Of a DNA stretch of 64,000 nt, positions 1 through 9,210 are shown piece after piece; within the stretch, counting starts at the first letter, position 1; each line of letters starts with the position of its first letter. The notes beneath the pieces are model-generated. The model was not told where the DNA came from, did not search any database, and saw nothing but the letters and a program-made list of their open reading frames with translations. The position numbers and the translations under genes were made by a program. The DNA is from an uncultured delta proteobacterium (GTDB lineage Bacteria > Myxococcota > Kuafuiibacteriia > Kuafuiibacteriales > Kuafuiibacteriaceae): assembly GCA_963803435.1 (NCBI GenBank), contig CAWDML010000014.1, forward strand, positions 192,001 through 256,000. The letters are read 5' to 3'.

Positions 1-986
1 TTGCCTCGGCTCTTGACGTCGTAGAGCGCGGCGTCGGCGTTCTTGAGCAGCGAGACCACGTCCTTTCCGTCGGTCGGATAGAGGGCGATGCCGATGCTGG
101 CGCCGAGGTAGACGGTCTTGCCCGAGACGGAGATCGCATCGGAGCACCGCTCGATGATTCGGCGCGCCACCAGGGCCGCATCCTCGGGATGCCGGAGGTG
201 CGGCAGCACCAGCGTGAACTCGTCGCCGCCAACGCGGGCGAGGGTCCCCTCCTCCGCCTCGTCGTCGCCCGATCGCCGGACCACGCAGTCGGTCGGACGG
301 ACCGCCATCACCAGGCGCTGCGCGATGATCGCGAGGACCTCGTCGCCCACCGGATGGCCCATCGTGTCGTTGATCTTCTTGAACCCGTCGAGATCGATGG
401 AGAGGATCGCAAACGGGTCCTTTGCCGGCTGCGCGGACTGCAAGAGCCGCGCGATGTAGCGATTGAGAAAGCGGCGGTTCGGGAGCTCCGTGAGCGGATC
501 GTGGTTGGCGAGGTGAGAGATCTCGTCCTTGGCCCGCTTGAGCGCCTGCGTCTCCCGCTCCAGCGCGTCGTTGCTCTTCTCCATCCTGGTGTGTGAGAGG
601 GCCGCCTCGGACGCGTCGACGATCGTGATGCAGACGGCGTCGATCGTACCTTCGTCATCCCGCATCGGGATGAACATGCAGTCCTGGTACATCCTCTCCA
701 GCTCGGTGGTGACGATGCGCATCGACTTGAGGGGAAAGAGGAACGGACGCTCGGTCCAGTTGGAGAATCCGAAGTTGCCGAGCCGGAGGATGTTCTGGAG
801 CTTTTTCCTCATCCAGACCTGAGGGATCTCGGGGAAGACGTCGAAGAGGCTCCGGCCGACCGCCTCGCCGGCGCGGATCCCGCTGTGGACCTCCATGAAC
901 TCGTTCCAGACCCGGATCTCCTCGAGGCGGTCGACGACGACCACTCCGACCGAGACGGCGTCGAGGATGGTGGCTGCCAAATCCAT
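1..986 (-). CDS. PAS-domain diguanylate cyclase (GGDEF), 3' end runs off the window
   Basis: Not in the ORF track (no stop in window). Manual translation from ATG at 986 (RBS-like AGAGAGGA): MDLAATILDAVSVGVVVVD (PAS-like) ... GHPVGDEVL ... LARVGGDEFT ... SIGIALYP ... LLKNADAALY. Confidence 0.92.
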   Translation of the reverse strand, partial: MDLAATILDAVSVGVVVVDRLEEIRVWNEFMEVHSGIRAGEAVGRSLFDVFPEIPQVWMRKKLQNILRLGNFGFSNWTERPFLFPLKSMRIVTTELERMYQDCMFIPMRDDEGTIDAVCITIVDASEAALSHTRMEKSNDALERETQALKRAKDEISHLANHDPLTELPNRRFLNRYIARLLQSAQPAKDPFAILSIDLDGFKKINDTMGHPVGDEVLAIIAQRLVMAVRPTDCVVRRSGDDEAEEGTLARVGGDEFTLVLPHLRHPEDAALVARRIIERCSDAISVSGKTVYLGASIGIALYPTDGKDVVSLLKNADAALYDVKSRG

Positions 987-1008
987 GGTAGGTCCTCTCT
1001 CGAACCCC

Positions 1009-2016
1009 TCACGAAGCGAAGGCGGCCTTCATAAAGGCCTCGAGCGAGCGGAGCAGGCGCTCACGCTCGCGGGTCGGGAGCACGATCAACAGCGTCACCG
1101 AGAAGCTCCGGCCCTCGACGCTCATCCCGATGGTGATGACCACGTGCGAGCGCGCCTCCGGATGCTTGCACAGCGGTTCGAGCGCGGCGATGCCGCTGCC
1201 GAGCACCGACGGCCGGCCGAAACGAACCGCAGCGGAGAGCTGTGATCCGATCGACGCCAGCGCGGCTCCGATCAGGATGTTCGCCATCTCGAGCACGAGC
1301 TCGTGATCGCTCGACTCCTGCGCGATGGAGGAGAGCAGCGTGCGGAGCTCGCTCATCTGCTGGACGTCGAACACGGCGATCGCCTCACCGCGGAGGTCGC
1401 CCGTGAAGGCTTGCTGCACGACGAGCGCGGATTGCGCCGAGCGCGAACGCTCGAGGTGCGCGAGATACTCCGACATCGACTGCGACTCCGGGACGGAGAT
1501 CTCGAGGAAGGTCCCGAGCACCTCGGCGAGCGCCGCGGAGGCCTGACCCATGCCGATGTTGACGATCTCGGCCAGCGCGTCGAGCTTCTCCTGGTCCATG
1601 ACCTGAGTCGCGAACGGAGCCTCATGGTCGCTCGGCCCGAGCTCGCTCATGCGCTCGCTGACGAGAGTGAGGATCGTGTCCACCTTGGCCTTGTCGAGGG
1701 GCTTGCGGACCATCGCTCGCGCGCCGAGCGCCGTCACCCGCTCCCGGGCCTTGGGCTGGACGTCGGCGGAGACGACCACCACCACGCTGCTCGACTGCTC
1801 GGCCTTCATCGCCTCGAGGACCTGGTAGCCGGTCGTCCGGGGCATGTTGAGATCCAGGAGCACGAGGGCGGGCTGGTGCTCGCGCCAGCTGGCCAGCGCT
1901 TCGTCTCCATCCTTCGCCTCGATGCACTCGATCCCCCGATCCTCGAGCACCTGCCGGAGCGCGCGGCGAGCGAAGGCGGAATCATCGGCGACCAGGACCT
2001 TGGACGACATGCTCAC
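1009..2016 (-). CDS. Response regulator receiver fused to a CheC-like phosphatase domain
   Basis: REC motifs VLVADD, LLDLNMP, VVSA, RKP; two CheC-type ExxN motifs (AEIVNIG, LEMANIL). Alternative start ATG 2010. Confidence 0.88.
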   Translation of the reverse strand: MSMSSKVLVADDSAFARRALRQVLEDRGIECIEAKDGDEALASWREHQPALVLLDLNMPRTTGYQVLEAMKAEQSSSVVVVVSADVQPKARERVTALGARAMVRKPLDKAKVDTILTLVSERMSELGPSDHEAPFATQVMDQEKLDALAEIVNIGMGQASAALAEVLGTFLEISVPESQSMSEYLAHLERSRSAQSALVVQQAFTGDLRGEAIAVFDVQQMSELRTLLSSIAQESSDHELVLEMANILIGAALASIGSQLSAAVRFGRPSVLGSGIAALEPLCKHPEARSHVVITIGMSVEGRSFSVTLLIVLPTRERERLLRSLEAFMKAAFAS

Positions 2017-2075
2017 CTGGATTCGTCCCGGCTGCGCCGCCCTTAAGGCCTACCGCCCGCGGGCGATTCCCCGGT

Positions 2076-2651
2076 GTGATGCAACGGTCCGACGTCTGGA
2101 TAGTGGGCGGCCTGGCCGCTGTCCTGGTCTCCGTGGTGGGCGCGATGGCGTATCTCGGCGCCTATCAGAACGCCCCCGGAGCGAGCGGTGAGACGCCAGC
2201 GCTGTGGCCGTCGGAGAGCAGGATCCCGCGTGAGCCGAACAAGCCGATCCTGATCATGTTCGCCCATCCCATGTGCAGCTGCACGCGCGCCAGCCTCACG
2301 GAGCTTCGCGATCTCGTCTCCGAGCTCGGGGGTCGGTTCACCCGCTTCGTCTACTTCGCGCCACCCTGGGGCGACAGCGACCTCTGGAGCGACGCCCGCT
2401 CGATCGACGGCTTGCAGGTGGCGAAGGATACGGACGAGTACGAGGCGCACCTCTTCGGAGCGCGCACCTCCGGCTACGTCGTCGTGTACGACGAGGCCGG
2501 TCGGCTAAGGTACAGCGGCGGCATCACGCGCGCCCGAAGTCACGTCGGTGACAACACCGGTCTGAGAAACATCGCCGCGCTGCTGAGGAAACAGACCGAC
2601 ACGGCATTCAAGGGCCCCGTCTTCGGCTGCCCGCTCGAGGATCCCGAATGA
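2076..2651 (+). CDS. RedB-like membrane-anchored, thioredoxin-like protein
   Basis: N-terminal TM helix, HPMCSCTRAS motif, FGARTSG, YSGGIT, C-terminal PVFGCPL; stop overlaps the kinase start (ATGA). Confidence 0.7.
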   Translation: MMQRSDVWIVGGLAAVLVSVVGAMAYLGAYQNAPGASGETPALWPSESRIPREPNKPILIMFAHPMCSCTRASLTELRDLVSELGGRFTRFVYFAPPWGDSDLWSDARSIDGLQVAKDTDEYEAHLFGARTSGYVVVYDEAGRLRYSGGITRARSHVGDNTGLRNIAALLRKQTDTAFKGPVFGCPLEDPE

Positions 2652-4759
2652 ACCAGAACCCCGACCTCGACGAGGTGCTCTTCCGAGAGCATCTCCATCA
2701 AGTCTATTGCCGTAGGGATCGAGCCTTTGCGTGGCTGATGGGCGCGCAATGGCTCTTCGCGATCTTCGTGGCGCTCGTCCTGTCGCCCTACGCGTGGGCC
2801 GGGAAGGTTCACACCACCCACCTCCACCTGTACTACGCGATCCTGGTCGGAGGCGCGCTGAGCCTTCCCACCATCCTGCTCGCGATCTATCGCCCGGGCT
2901 GGGTCGTGACGCGACACTGGGTGGCGATCACTCAGATGCTCTGGTCCGCTCTTCTGATCCACCTGACCGGCGGCCGCATCGAGACCCACTTTCACGTGTT
3001 CGGCTCGCTGGCATTCATCGCGTTCTATCGGGACTGGCGCGTACTCGTCACGGCGACGGTCGTCGTCGCAGCCGATCACCTGATCCGCGGCATCATCTGG
3101 CCGGAGTCCGTCTACGGTGTGACCAACCCGGAGTGGTGGCGCTTCCTCGAGCACGCGTTCTGGGTCGTGTTCGAGAACGTCGTCCTGGTGATGGGCATCG
3201 TCGAGAGCCACGGAGAGATGCGCGCCCTCGCCGCCCGCCAGACCGACCTCGAGGAGCGCGTCGCCAAGCGCACCACCGAGGTGGTGGCTGCCAAACGCGA
3301 GGTCTCCGACATCCTGGATCACATGGGCGACGCCATCTTCACCGTGGGAGAGGATGGCAAGATCAGCCGCGAGTTCTCTGCGCCCTGCCGCACGCTGTTC
3401 AGGACCGGCTTCATCGCCCATCGATCGGTGCTCCAGCTGCTCGATCTCGAGCGTCCTGGGGTCTCGGAGCCGCGGTCGCGTCTGGAGGGGTTCCTCTCCA
3501 CGGTGATCGGCGCCGACGACCTGCAGTGGACCCTCTCGGAAGGCGACGCTCCGGCCGAGCTCGAGATCGACGGGCGCATCGTCGAGATCACGTACGCGCC
3601 GATCTATCGGGACAGCGTCGTGCACCGGGTGATGTTCGTCTGCCGCGACGTGACCCGCGTCCGCGAGCTGGCGGTCGAGGTCGAGAGGAAGGGGGAGCAA
3701 AACCGCTCGATGCTCGAGCGGATCGCGCAGATCGCCGCCATCGAACCCCGGATCCTGACCACGTTCCTCGACGAGAGCGTCGGGCTCCTCTCGACGGTCC
3801 GCGAGTCGGTCCACGAGCCCACCACCGAGGAGTCCCTCCAGCGCGCCCGCCGCGCGCTCCACACGCTGAAGGGGAACTCACGCGCCTACGGGATGGTGGC
3901 GCTGTCGCAGGCGGTCCACGATGCGGAGCGGGAGCTCAGGCCGGCGCAGCTGGCGGTGATCGAAGAGCTCTTCGGCGAGTTCGAGCGCCTGGGGCGCGAG
4001 GTGATCGCGCGCCGATCCTCGACCGGGATCCACGACGCCAGTCGCCTCGAGCCGATCATGGGCGCAGCGCAGCGCTTGGCCGCGCAGCTCGACACGGAGT
4101 TCGCCGGTGTGGGTGCTGATGAGCGCAGACGGCTCCGGGAGCTGCTCGACGCGCTCATCGAGCTGCCGCTCGTCCCGTTCTCTACCCTGCTCCCGCGACT
4201 CGAGGGTGTCGCCAAGGACGTGGCGGCCCAGGTCGGAAAGCCGGCCCCCGAGCTCCAGACCTCCCTCGACGGCTGGCTCGCCGAGGCGCCCGTCCTGGAG
4301 AAGCTGGGCGGCGTGCTCACGCAGCTGGTCCGCAACGCCGTCGACCACGGCCTCGAGCTCCCGGAGCAGCGAACCGACGCCTCCAAGCACAAGCGCGGCC
4401 GATTATCGCTGGCCGCGCGTGTCGCCGGCGATCAGCTCCACCTGGAGGTCGGCGACGACGGCCGTGGCCTCGATCCGGATCGGATCCGCCGCCTCGCCCT
4501 CAGCCGACGTCTGATCAGCGAGAATGACGCGGCGATGAACGATGATGACGCGGCGATCGCGCTCTTGTTCCAACCCGGGTTCAGCACCGCCACCCAGGTC
4601 ACCGAGATCTCCGGGCGCGGCGTCGGTCTCGACGTGGTGCGGAGCTCGATCCGCGAGCTCGGAGGAGACGTCGCGGTGCGCTCCGACGCGGGTCGGGGCA
4701 CCACCTTCATGCTGTCATTGCCACTGTCGTGCGCCCGGCTGGCTCGCAGCGTTGCGTGA
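2648..4759 (+). CDS. Membrane sensor kinase: multi-TM input, PAS-like, Hpt and CheA-type HATPase domains, no CheW domain
   Basis: About 6 TM segments with GGRIETHFHVF; Hpt LHTLKGNS; N-box LVRNAVDHG, DDGRG, FQPGFSTA, SGRGVGLDVV, GRGTTF; protein ends right after the HATPase domain. Confidence 0.88.
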   Translation: MNQNPDLDEVLFREHLHQVYCRRDRAFAWLMGAQWLFAIFVALVLSPYAWAGKVHTTHLHLYYAILVGGALSLPTILLAIYRPGWVVTRHWVAITQMLWSALLIHLTGGRIETHFHVFGSLAFIAFYRDWRVLVTATVVVAADHLIRGIIWPESVYGVTNPEWWRFLEHAFWVVFENVVLVMGIVESHGEMRALAARQTDLEERVAKRTTEVVAAKREVSDILDHMGDAIFTVGEDGKISREFSAPCRTLFRTGFIAHRSVLQLLDLERPGVSEPRSRLEGFLSTVIGADDLQWTLSEGDAPAELEIDGRIVEITYAPIYRDSVVHRVMFVCRDVTRVRELAVEVERKGEQNRSMLERIAQIAAIEPRILTTFLDESVGLLSTVRESVHEPTTEESLQRARRALHTLKGNSRAYGMVALSQAVHDAERELRPAQLAVIEELFGEFERLGREVIARRSSTGIHDASRLEPIMGAAQRLAAQLDTEFAGVGADERRRLRELLDALIELPLVPFSTLLPRLEGVAKDVAAQVGKPAPELQTSLDGWLAEAPVLEKLGGVLTQLVRNAVDHGLELPEQRTDASKHKRGRLSLAARVAGDQLHLEVGDDGRGLDPDRIRRLALSRRLISENDAAMNDDDAAIALLFQPGFSTATQVTEISGRGVGLDVVRSSIRELGGDVAVRSDAGRGTTFMLSLPLSCARLARSVA

Positions 4760-4764
4760 TGGCG

Positions 4765-4791
4765 GCGGCCGCGATCCAGGACCGCGGCCGC
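4765..4791. terminator. GC-rich hairpin between convergent genes
   Basis: GCGGCCGCG-9 nt-CGCGGCCGC; no U-tract. Confidence 0.35.
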
Positions 4792-4809
4792 ATCACCTAG
4801 AGACGCGGA

Positions 4810-5007
4810 TCAGATGCCTCGCATCCAGTCGTCGACTTCCTTCTCCGCGCGGTCCTTCTCGTAGCCGTAACGCTCTCGGATACGACCGACGAGCTCCTCA
4901 CGCCGCCCTTCCACCTTGGACAGATCGTCGTCGGTGAGCTTGCCCCACTTGGTGCGCGCCTTCCCCTTGACCTGCTCCCACTTACCCTTCATTTGATCCC
5001 AATTCAT
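4810..5007 (-). CDS. csbD: CsbD family stress protein
   Basis: MNWDQMKGKWEQVKGKARTKWGKLTDDDL...GRIRERYG is the typical CsbD/YjbJ pattern; AAGGAG upstream. Confidence 0.92.
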   Translation of the reverse strand: MNWDQMKGKWEQVKGKARTKWGKLTDDDLSKVEGRREELVGRIRERYGYEKDRAEKEVDDWMRGI

Positions 5008-5185
5008 GATTGTCACTCCTTCCGTATCGCGCTCATCGTCAGGCTGATCTCGAGCGCCCGCGGTCACGGTGCAGGTTTCGGACCCGGCGTTTTTCGCGGT
5101 CGCGGCACGGTTCGACCCAGGCTCGAGTCTCAGAGGCGCACAGCACGCGCGCGCGCTCGAGCCTTCTTGCCTCGGGGCGGGGGCC

Positions 5186-5620
5186 CTACTTCGCGTGGAA
5201 GAATGCACCGAGCGGCGGCGCCATGTTCTCGGGGACGTCCTCCTTCCAGGCACCCCCGTCGATGCGCCGGCCGGTCGGCTTGCCGTCGGCGTCGAGCGCG
5301 AGCCAGGCTGGGATGGCGCGGACGTCCATGGCCTCCGCGTCGTCGCCGAAGTGATCGAAGTCGGCGACCACGATGTACGTACCCTCGAGCGCCTGCTGCA
5401 TCCGCGGATCGTCGAGGTGGCTCTTGAAGGCGTTGCAGGGCCCGCACCAGGTCGCGGAGAACTCGAGGTACGGCGCCAGGCCGAGCGCGCTCGCCTTCTT
5501 CGACTCGGCGGCCAGCGCGGTGCTCAGGTCGCCGCTGTTGGGCACGTGGACGAGCATCGACCGGGGCTTCGCAGCCGGACAGCCGGCGATGAGGAGGCCG
5601 AAGAGCAGGAGTCGCTTCAC
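5186..5620 (-). CDS. Thioredoxin-family lipoprotein
   Basis: GTG start, lipobox LIAGC, FSATWCGPC, cis-Pro motif VRAIP. Confidence 0.85.
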   Translation of the reverse strand: MKRLLLFGLLIAGCPAAKPRSMLVHVPNSGDLSTALAAESKKASALGLAPYLEFSATWCGPCNAFKSHLDDPRMQQALEGTYIVVADFDHFGDDAEAMDVRAIPAWLALDADGKPTGRRIDGGAWKEDVPENMAPPLGAFFHAK

Positions 5621-5812
5621 GCTTGCATCATACGCTCGGGGCCACGTATTCGTCCTCACGGCGCTACCAGATCGGATACTTCGGCTTCGGCGGCGGCACG
5701 ACCAGCGCCTCGCTCGGAGTGGCGGCGCGCACCGCGCTGGCGATCGTCGCCGGGCGAGACCGGTCTCAGGTCGAGAACCCGGCGAAGAACGATGAAGGCC
5801 TGATCGTCGGCC

Positions 5813-7711
5813 TCACCTATCCGGAGGCGCGAGCGTGGAGGCGCGCGGGAATGGATCGCGCCACCGCCGGAGCCATCGCGCTGGGCGAAGGAACATGAGC
5901 GCGCCCAGGAGCAGGAGCAGCCACGCGCCCGTTCCGCCGCGCACGCTCGAGCAGCCGTCGTAGCCGTCGTCGTGATCCACGACCAGAAAGTTGGGGCCGT
6001 CCGGCGGATAGCACTGCTGGTTGGGCGCACCGGTGGGATAGATCGAGCAGATGCCGTTGATGTCGTCGCTCTCCAGCGTGCGCTTCTTCGACTCGCACGG
6101 CGGCGCGCTCGCGAACATGGTCACGTCCTGGTAGCGAGGCGTGTTGGGGGGATGATCGAGGCCGATCACGTGGCCGACCTCGTGCGTGATCGTGTTGCGA
6201 AGATCCATCGTGCCGTCGTTGGGCACGCAGGTCTCGTCGACCCGGACGAAGTCGAAGAACTCGTCGTTGATCTCGATGTCTGCGTCGACCACCTCGCCGG
6301 TCCGCGTGTCGTACGCGCTGGTGGTCACCGCCAGCGCCGATTGCTCGTAGGGCCAGCCCGTCGACAGCGCGACCACCACGTTCTTGTTGTCGCCGCCTTG
6401 CTGGTAGCCGGCGCTCAGGTTGCGAAAGACGCCGGCCATCGGCAGCGTGAGATCGGAGCAGGGTACGTCCTCCCAGGCCTGGAAGGAGGCCCGCACGTCC
6501 TCCTCGACGGTGGCGCGATCCGCGTAGAGATCGAAGAGCGCCTCGTCCGCGTACCACTCGATCGTGCGGGTCTTCCAGATCAGCGAGGGGCCGAAGTCGG
6601 TGCCCACCCGGCTGCACTTGAACGCCAAGGCATCGCTCGGGCCCAGCGCGCTCAGAGCGAGGACGACGGTCAGCAGGACCCCCGATCTCGCCGTCCTCCA
6701 CCTTCTCCGTGCCGCGAGCATGATGGCCACGAGGACGATCCCCAGCATGGCGCCGTTTCGGCTGCCTTGTCGATGGGTCGTACAGCCGCACCCGCCGCCG
6801 GGTGACCCCGGCCTCTCGCAGGGCGCCGGCGCGACCACGCTGTACAGCGCGCCGTACAGACCCGTGGCGGGATCGCGGACGATCAGATCGGCGCCGTCCC
6901 AACCCTCCTCCAGCGGCACCTCGCCACCAGCGGCGCGGCGAAGGGAGACCTCGAGCGTCGGCGGGGTCACGCCGCGGATCACGAGCGCCCCTCCCGGACA
7001 CTCGCGGAGAAGCTCGAGCGGCACGGGCACCTCGCCCGTCGCCGTCCCCGCGTAGTGCACGGCCAGGCCCTCGCGGTCGTCGTCGCCCAGCGTACGGCGC
7101 TCCACACCGGGCGCCAGCGTTGGCGCCATGATCGCTCCCAGGATCCGGTCGCGCTCCGACTCGGGCAACGAGAAGCAGGACGGATGACGGGTCCCAGGAT
7201 CGCCACAGGGATGTGCGAGTCCGAGCACGTGACCGAATTCGTGGGCCACCACGCTCTGGGCGTCGAAGCCGTCGGCGCCGGTGAAGGAGAAGGTCTGTCC
7301 GTTCAGGAAGACGTCCGCCTCGAGGATGCGTCCGGTGGCCACGTCGTAGGAGAGCTCGGTGTGGGCCACCGTCCGCCCGGCGTCTCCGAAGGCCGCGTTC
7401 CATTCGGAGACGATCGCGATCGTGTTCGAGCCGTCGGTCTCGGCGATCGCGCCGTGCGGCCCCGACCAGCCCGCCTCGACGCCCAGCCTCGACGCGATCA
7501 CCCAGGTGTCGGCGGCGGCGCGGCACGCCGCAGCGAAGCGCTCGCCCTCGGGGTCGCCGAGCGTGAAGACAGCGCCGTACTCGAACGCGGATGGGGACCA
7601 ACGGAGCTCCGCGCCCGTGGAGGTGTGGGTCAGCTCGAACGCGTACGCTTCGTTTGAAACGAAGAAGCCCGCAACCAGTCCGATCGCCGCGCGCGTCGCG
7701 TGTGCGATCAC
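5813..7711 (-). CDS. Tandem matrixin (M10-like) zinc metalloprotease ORF with two MYXO-CTERM-like signals
   Basis: GTG start overlaps the upstream stop (GTGA). Two metzincin motifs HEFGHVLGLAH and HEVGHVIGLDH, each with a Met-turn (IMAP, TMFA); internal GGGCGC-TM-RRRWR; C-terminal DGCSS-TM-RWLRR. Confidence 0.88.
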   Translation of the reverse strand: MIAHATRAAIGLVAGFFVSNEAYAFELTHTSTGAELRWSPSAFEYGAVFTLGDPEGERFAAACRAAADTWVIASRLGVEAGWSGPHGAIAETDGSNTIAIVSEWNAAFGDAGRTVAHTELSYDVATGRILEADVFLNGQTFSFTGADGFDAQSVVAHEFGHVLGLAHPCGDPGTRHPSCFSLPESERDRILGAIMAPTLAPGVERRTLGDDDREGLAVHYAGTATGEVPVPLELLRECPGGALVIRGVTPPTLEVSLRRAAGGEVPLEEGWDGADLIVRDPATGLYGALYSVVAPAPCERPGSPGGGCGCTTHRQGSRNGAMLGIVLVAIMLAARRRWRTARSGVLLTVVLALSALGPSDALAFKCSRVGTDFGPSLIWKTRTIEWYADEALFDLYADRATVEEDVRASFQAWEDVPCSDLTLPMAGVFRNLSAGYQQGGDNKNVVVALSTGWPYEQSALAVTTSAYDTRTGEVVDADIEINDEFFDFVRVDETCVPNDGTMDLRNTITHEVGHVIGLDHPPNTPRYQDVTMFASAPPCESKKRTLESDDINGICSIYPTGAPNQQCYPPDGPNFLVVDHDDGYDGCSSVRGGTGAWLLLLLGALMFLRPARWLRRWRDPFPRASTLAPPDR

Positions 7712-8370
7712 TGGCCGTTCGGCGTGCTGGCGGGCGGAGTCACGGGCGGGGTCGTGTCGACCTTCGGCTGCGCGGGCTCTTGCGGGACCGGCGTGGCCCC
7801 CCCGGCGCCTTGGACGCGGGCCCGGAGCGTCGACAGCGGGATGCGGGCGGCGTCGACGTTCGTGGGATCGATCTTCATCCCGCCGCCGTCGCCGGGCTTC
7901 GCGAAGGCGAGCCCCTCGACGCTCGGCACCGCGAACGCAGCGCCCTTCTCGGCGCGCTCGACGTGAAACTTGCCCTGGCTCATGCCGATGACCTGGAACT
8001 CGGTGGCGTCGACGGGATCGGGGCGAAGGAAGACCACGACCTCCTCGGCGAGCGTGAACTGCGGCGTCCCGCTGACCTTCATGCCGATAGTTCCGACCTC
8101 GCCGCCGAGCGTGCGGACCACGACGCTGTCCGGGATGGAGCCCTTGGTACGCACGCGCTCGAGGATCTGGATCTCGGTGTACGTATAGATCCGCCGATGT
8201 GTGTCGTCCCAGGCGGCCTGGCTGTTGACGACCCGACCCCGCGCCACGCACGTCGCCTCGGCTGCCATCTGCTCGATCGTCATCGGGACGACGATGGTGG
8301 CGTGGGCGTCGGCCGCGGCGAGGGCGACGAACGCAGCGACGGCGAGCGAAGGCGCGCGGAGAAGGGACAT
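7708..8370 (-). CDS. Secreted protein of unknown function, translationally coupled to the matrixin ORF
   Basis: Signal peptide ending AHA; ARGRVV...RIYTYT...LGG.VG...GMSQGKF; Pro-rich tail. Confidence 0.8.
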   Translation of the reverse strand: MSLLRAPSLAVAAFVALAAADAHATIVVPMTIEQMAAEATCVARGRVVNSQAAWDDTHRRIYTYTEIQILERVRTKGSIPDSVVVRTLGGEVGTIGMKVSGTPQFTLAEEVVVFLRPDPVDATEFQVIGMSQGKFHVERAEKGAAFAVPSVEGLAFAKPGDGGGMKIDPTNVDAARIPLSTLRARVQGAGGATPVPQEPAQPKVDTTPPVTPPASTPNGQ

Positions 8371-8400
8371 GGCGCCAGTCTAGAGTATGCTCCCGGCCGC

Positions 8401-9210
8401 GTGGAAGCCTCGGACCTCGAGCGCAGGCTGGCGGCGCGTTTCCCGGCTATGGCGGCCGTTCTGCGGGGGTTCGACCCTCGTGTGACCCTCATCATGACGC
8501 TGGCCGCGGTGCTGCTGCTCCTGTTCCGGAAGTTCGGCGGCTCCAGCACCTTCGAGCAGCATCTGCGGCCCGCCGCCTGGGCCACGGACCACTACCTGTC
8601 AGTCTACGGCGATCTGTACTGGTTCCTCGCGTGCTTCGTCCTCCTCGGCGTGGTCCCGCTCGTGCTCTCCACCGTCCCTCCGCTCCGCCCGCAGTCGCTT
8701 CGGGACGCCCTCGGGCTCGGCCTGGGCGACTGGCGCTTCGGCCTCAAGTGGACCGCGATCCTCTACGCGGTGATGCTCCCGATCCTCGCCGTCGCCAGCC
8801 TCACCTCGACGTTCTCGCAGTACTACCCGTTGAACGGGCTGCTCGGGAACGAGGCGGTCGCCTTCGTCTCGGGCGAGGACACGCACGCTGGCTTCCTCGC
8901 GATCTTCGCGACGTACGAGCTCCTCTACGGCATCTACTTCCTGGGCTGGGAGTTCTTCTTCCGCGGATGGCTCACCTTCAGCCTGTATCCTCGCTTCGGC
9001 GTCAACAGCGTCCTGATCGGCACCATCCCCTTCGCGCTGATGCACGTGGGCAAGCCGTTCCCGGAGGCGCTCGGGTCGGTCGTCGGGGGCCTGGCGCTCG
9101 GCCTGTTCGCGCTGCGGGCGCGCTCCTTCTGGTACTGCTTCCTCCTGCACGCGCTGATCGCGTGGACCATGGACGCGGCCGCGCTCGCCGTCCGGGCATC
9201 CGGACATTGA
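8401..9210 (+). CDS. CPBP (Abi/CAAX) family intramembrane protease, possible myxosortase
   Basis: Multi-TM; motifs GWEFFFRG, FALMH, LLHALIAW. Start GTG 8401 or ATG 8449. Confidence 0.85.
   Translation: MEASDLERRLAARFPAMAAVLRGFDPRVTLIMTLAAVLLLLFRKFGGSSTFEQHLRPAAWATDHYLSVYGDLYWFLACFVLLGVVPLVLSTVPPLRPQSLRDALGLGLGDWRFGLKWTAILYAVMLPILAVASLTSTFSQYYPLNGLLGNEAVAFVSGEDTHAGFLAIFATYELLYGIYFLGWEFFFRGWLTFSLYPRFGVNSVLIGTIPFALMHVGKPFPEALGSVVGGLALGLFALRARSFWYCFLLHALIAWTMDAAALAVRASGH

Noticed and set aside
7712-8251. Upstream extension of the 812 aa matrixin ORF
   Set aside because: Arg-rich off-frame overlap of the 7708-8370 gene; the signal peptide begins at GTG 7711.
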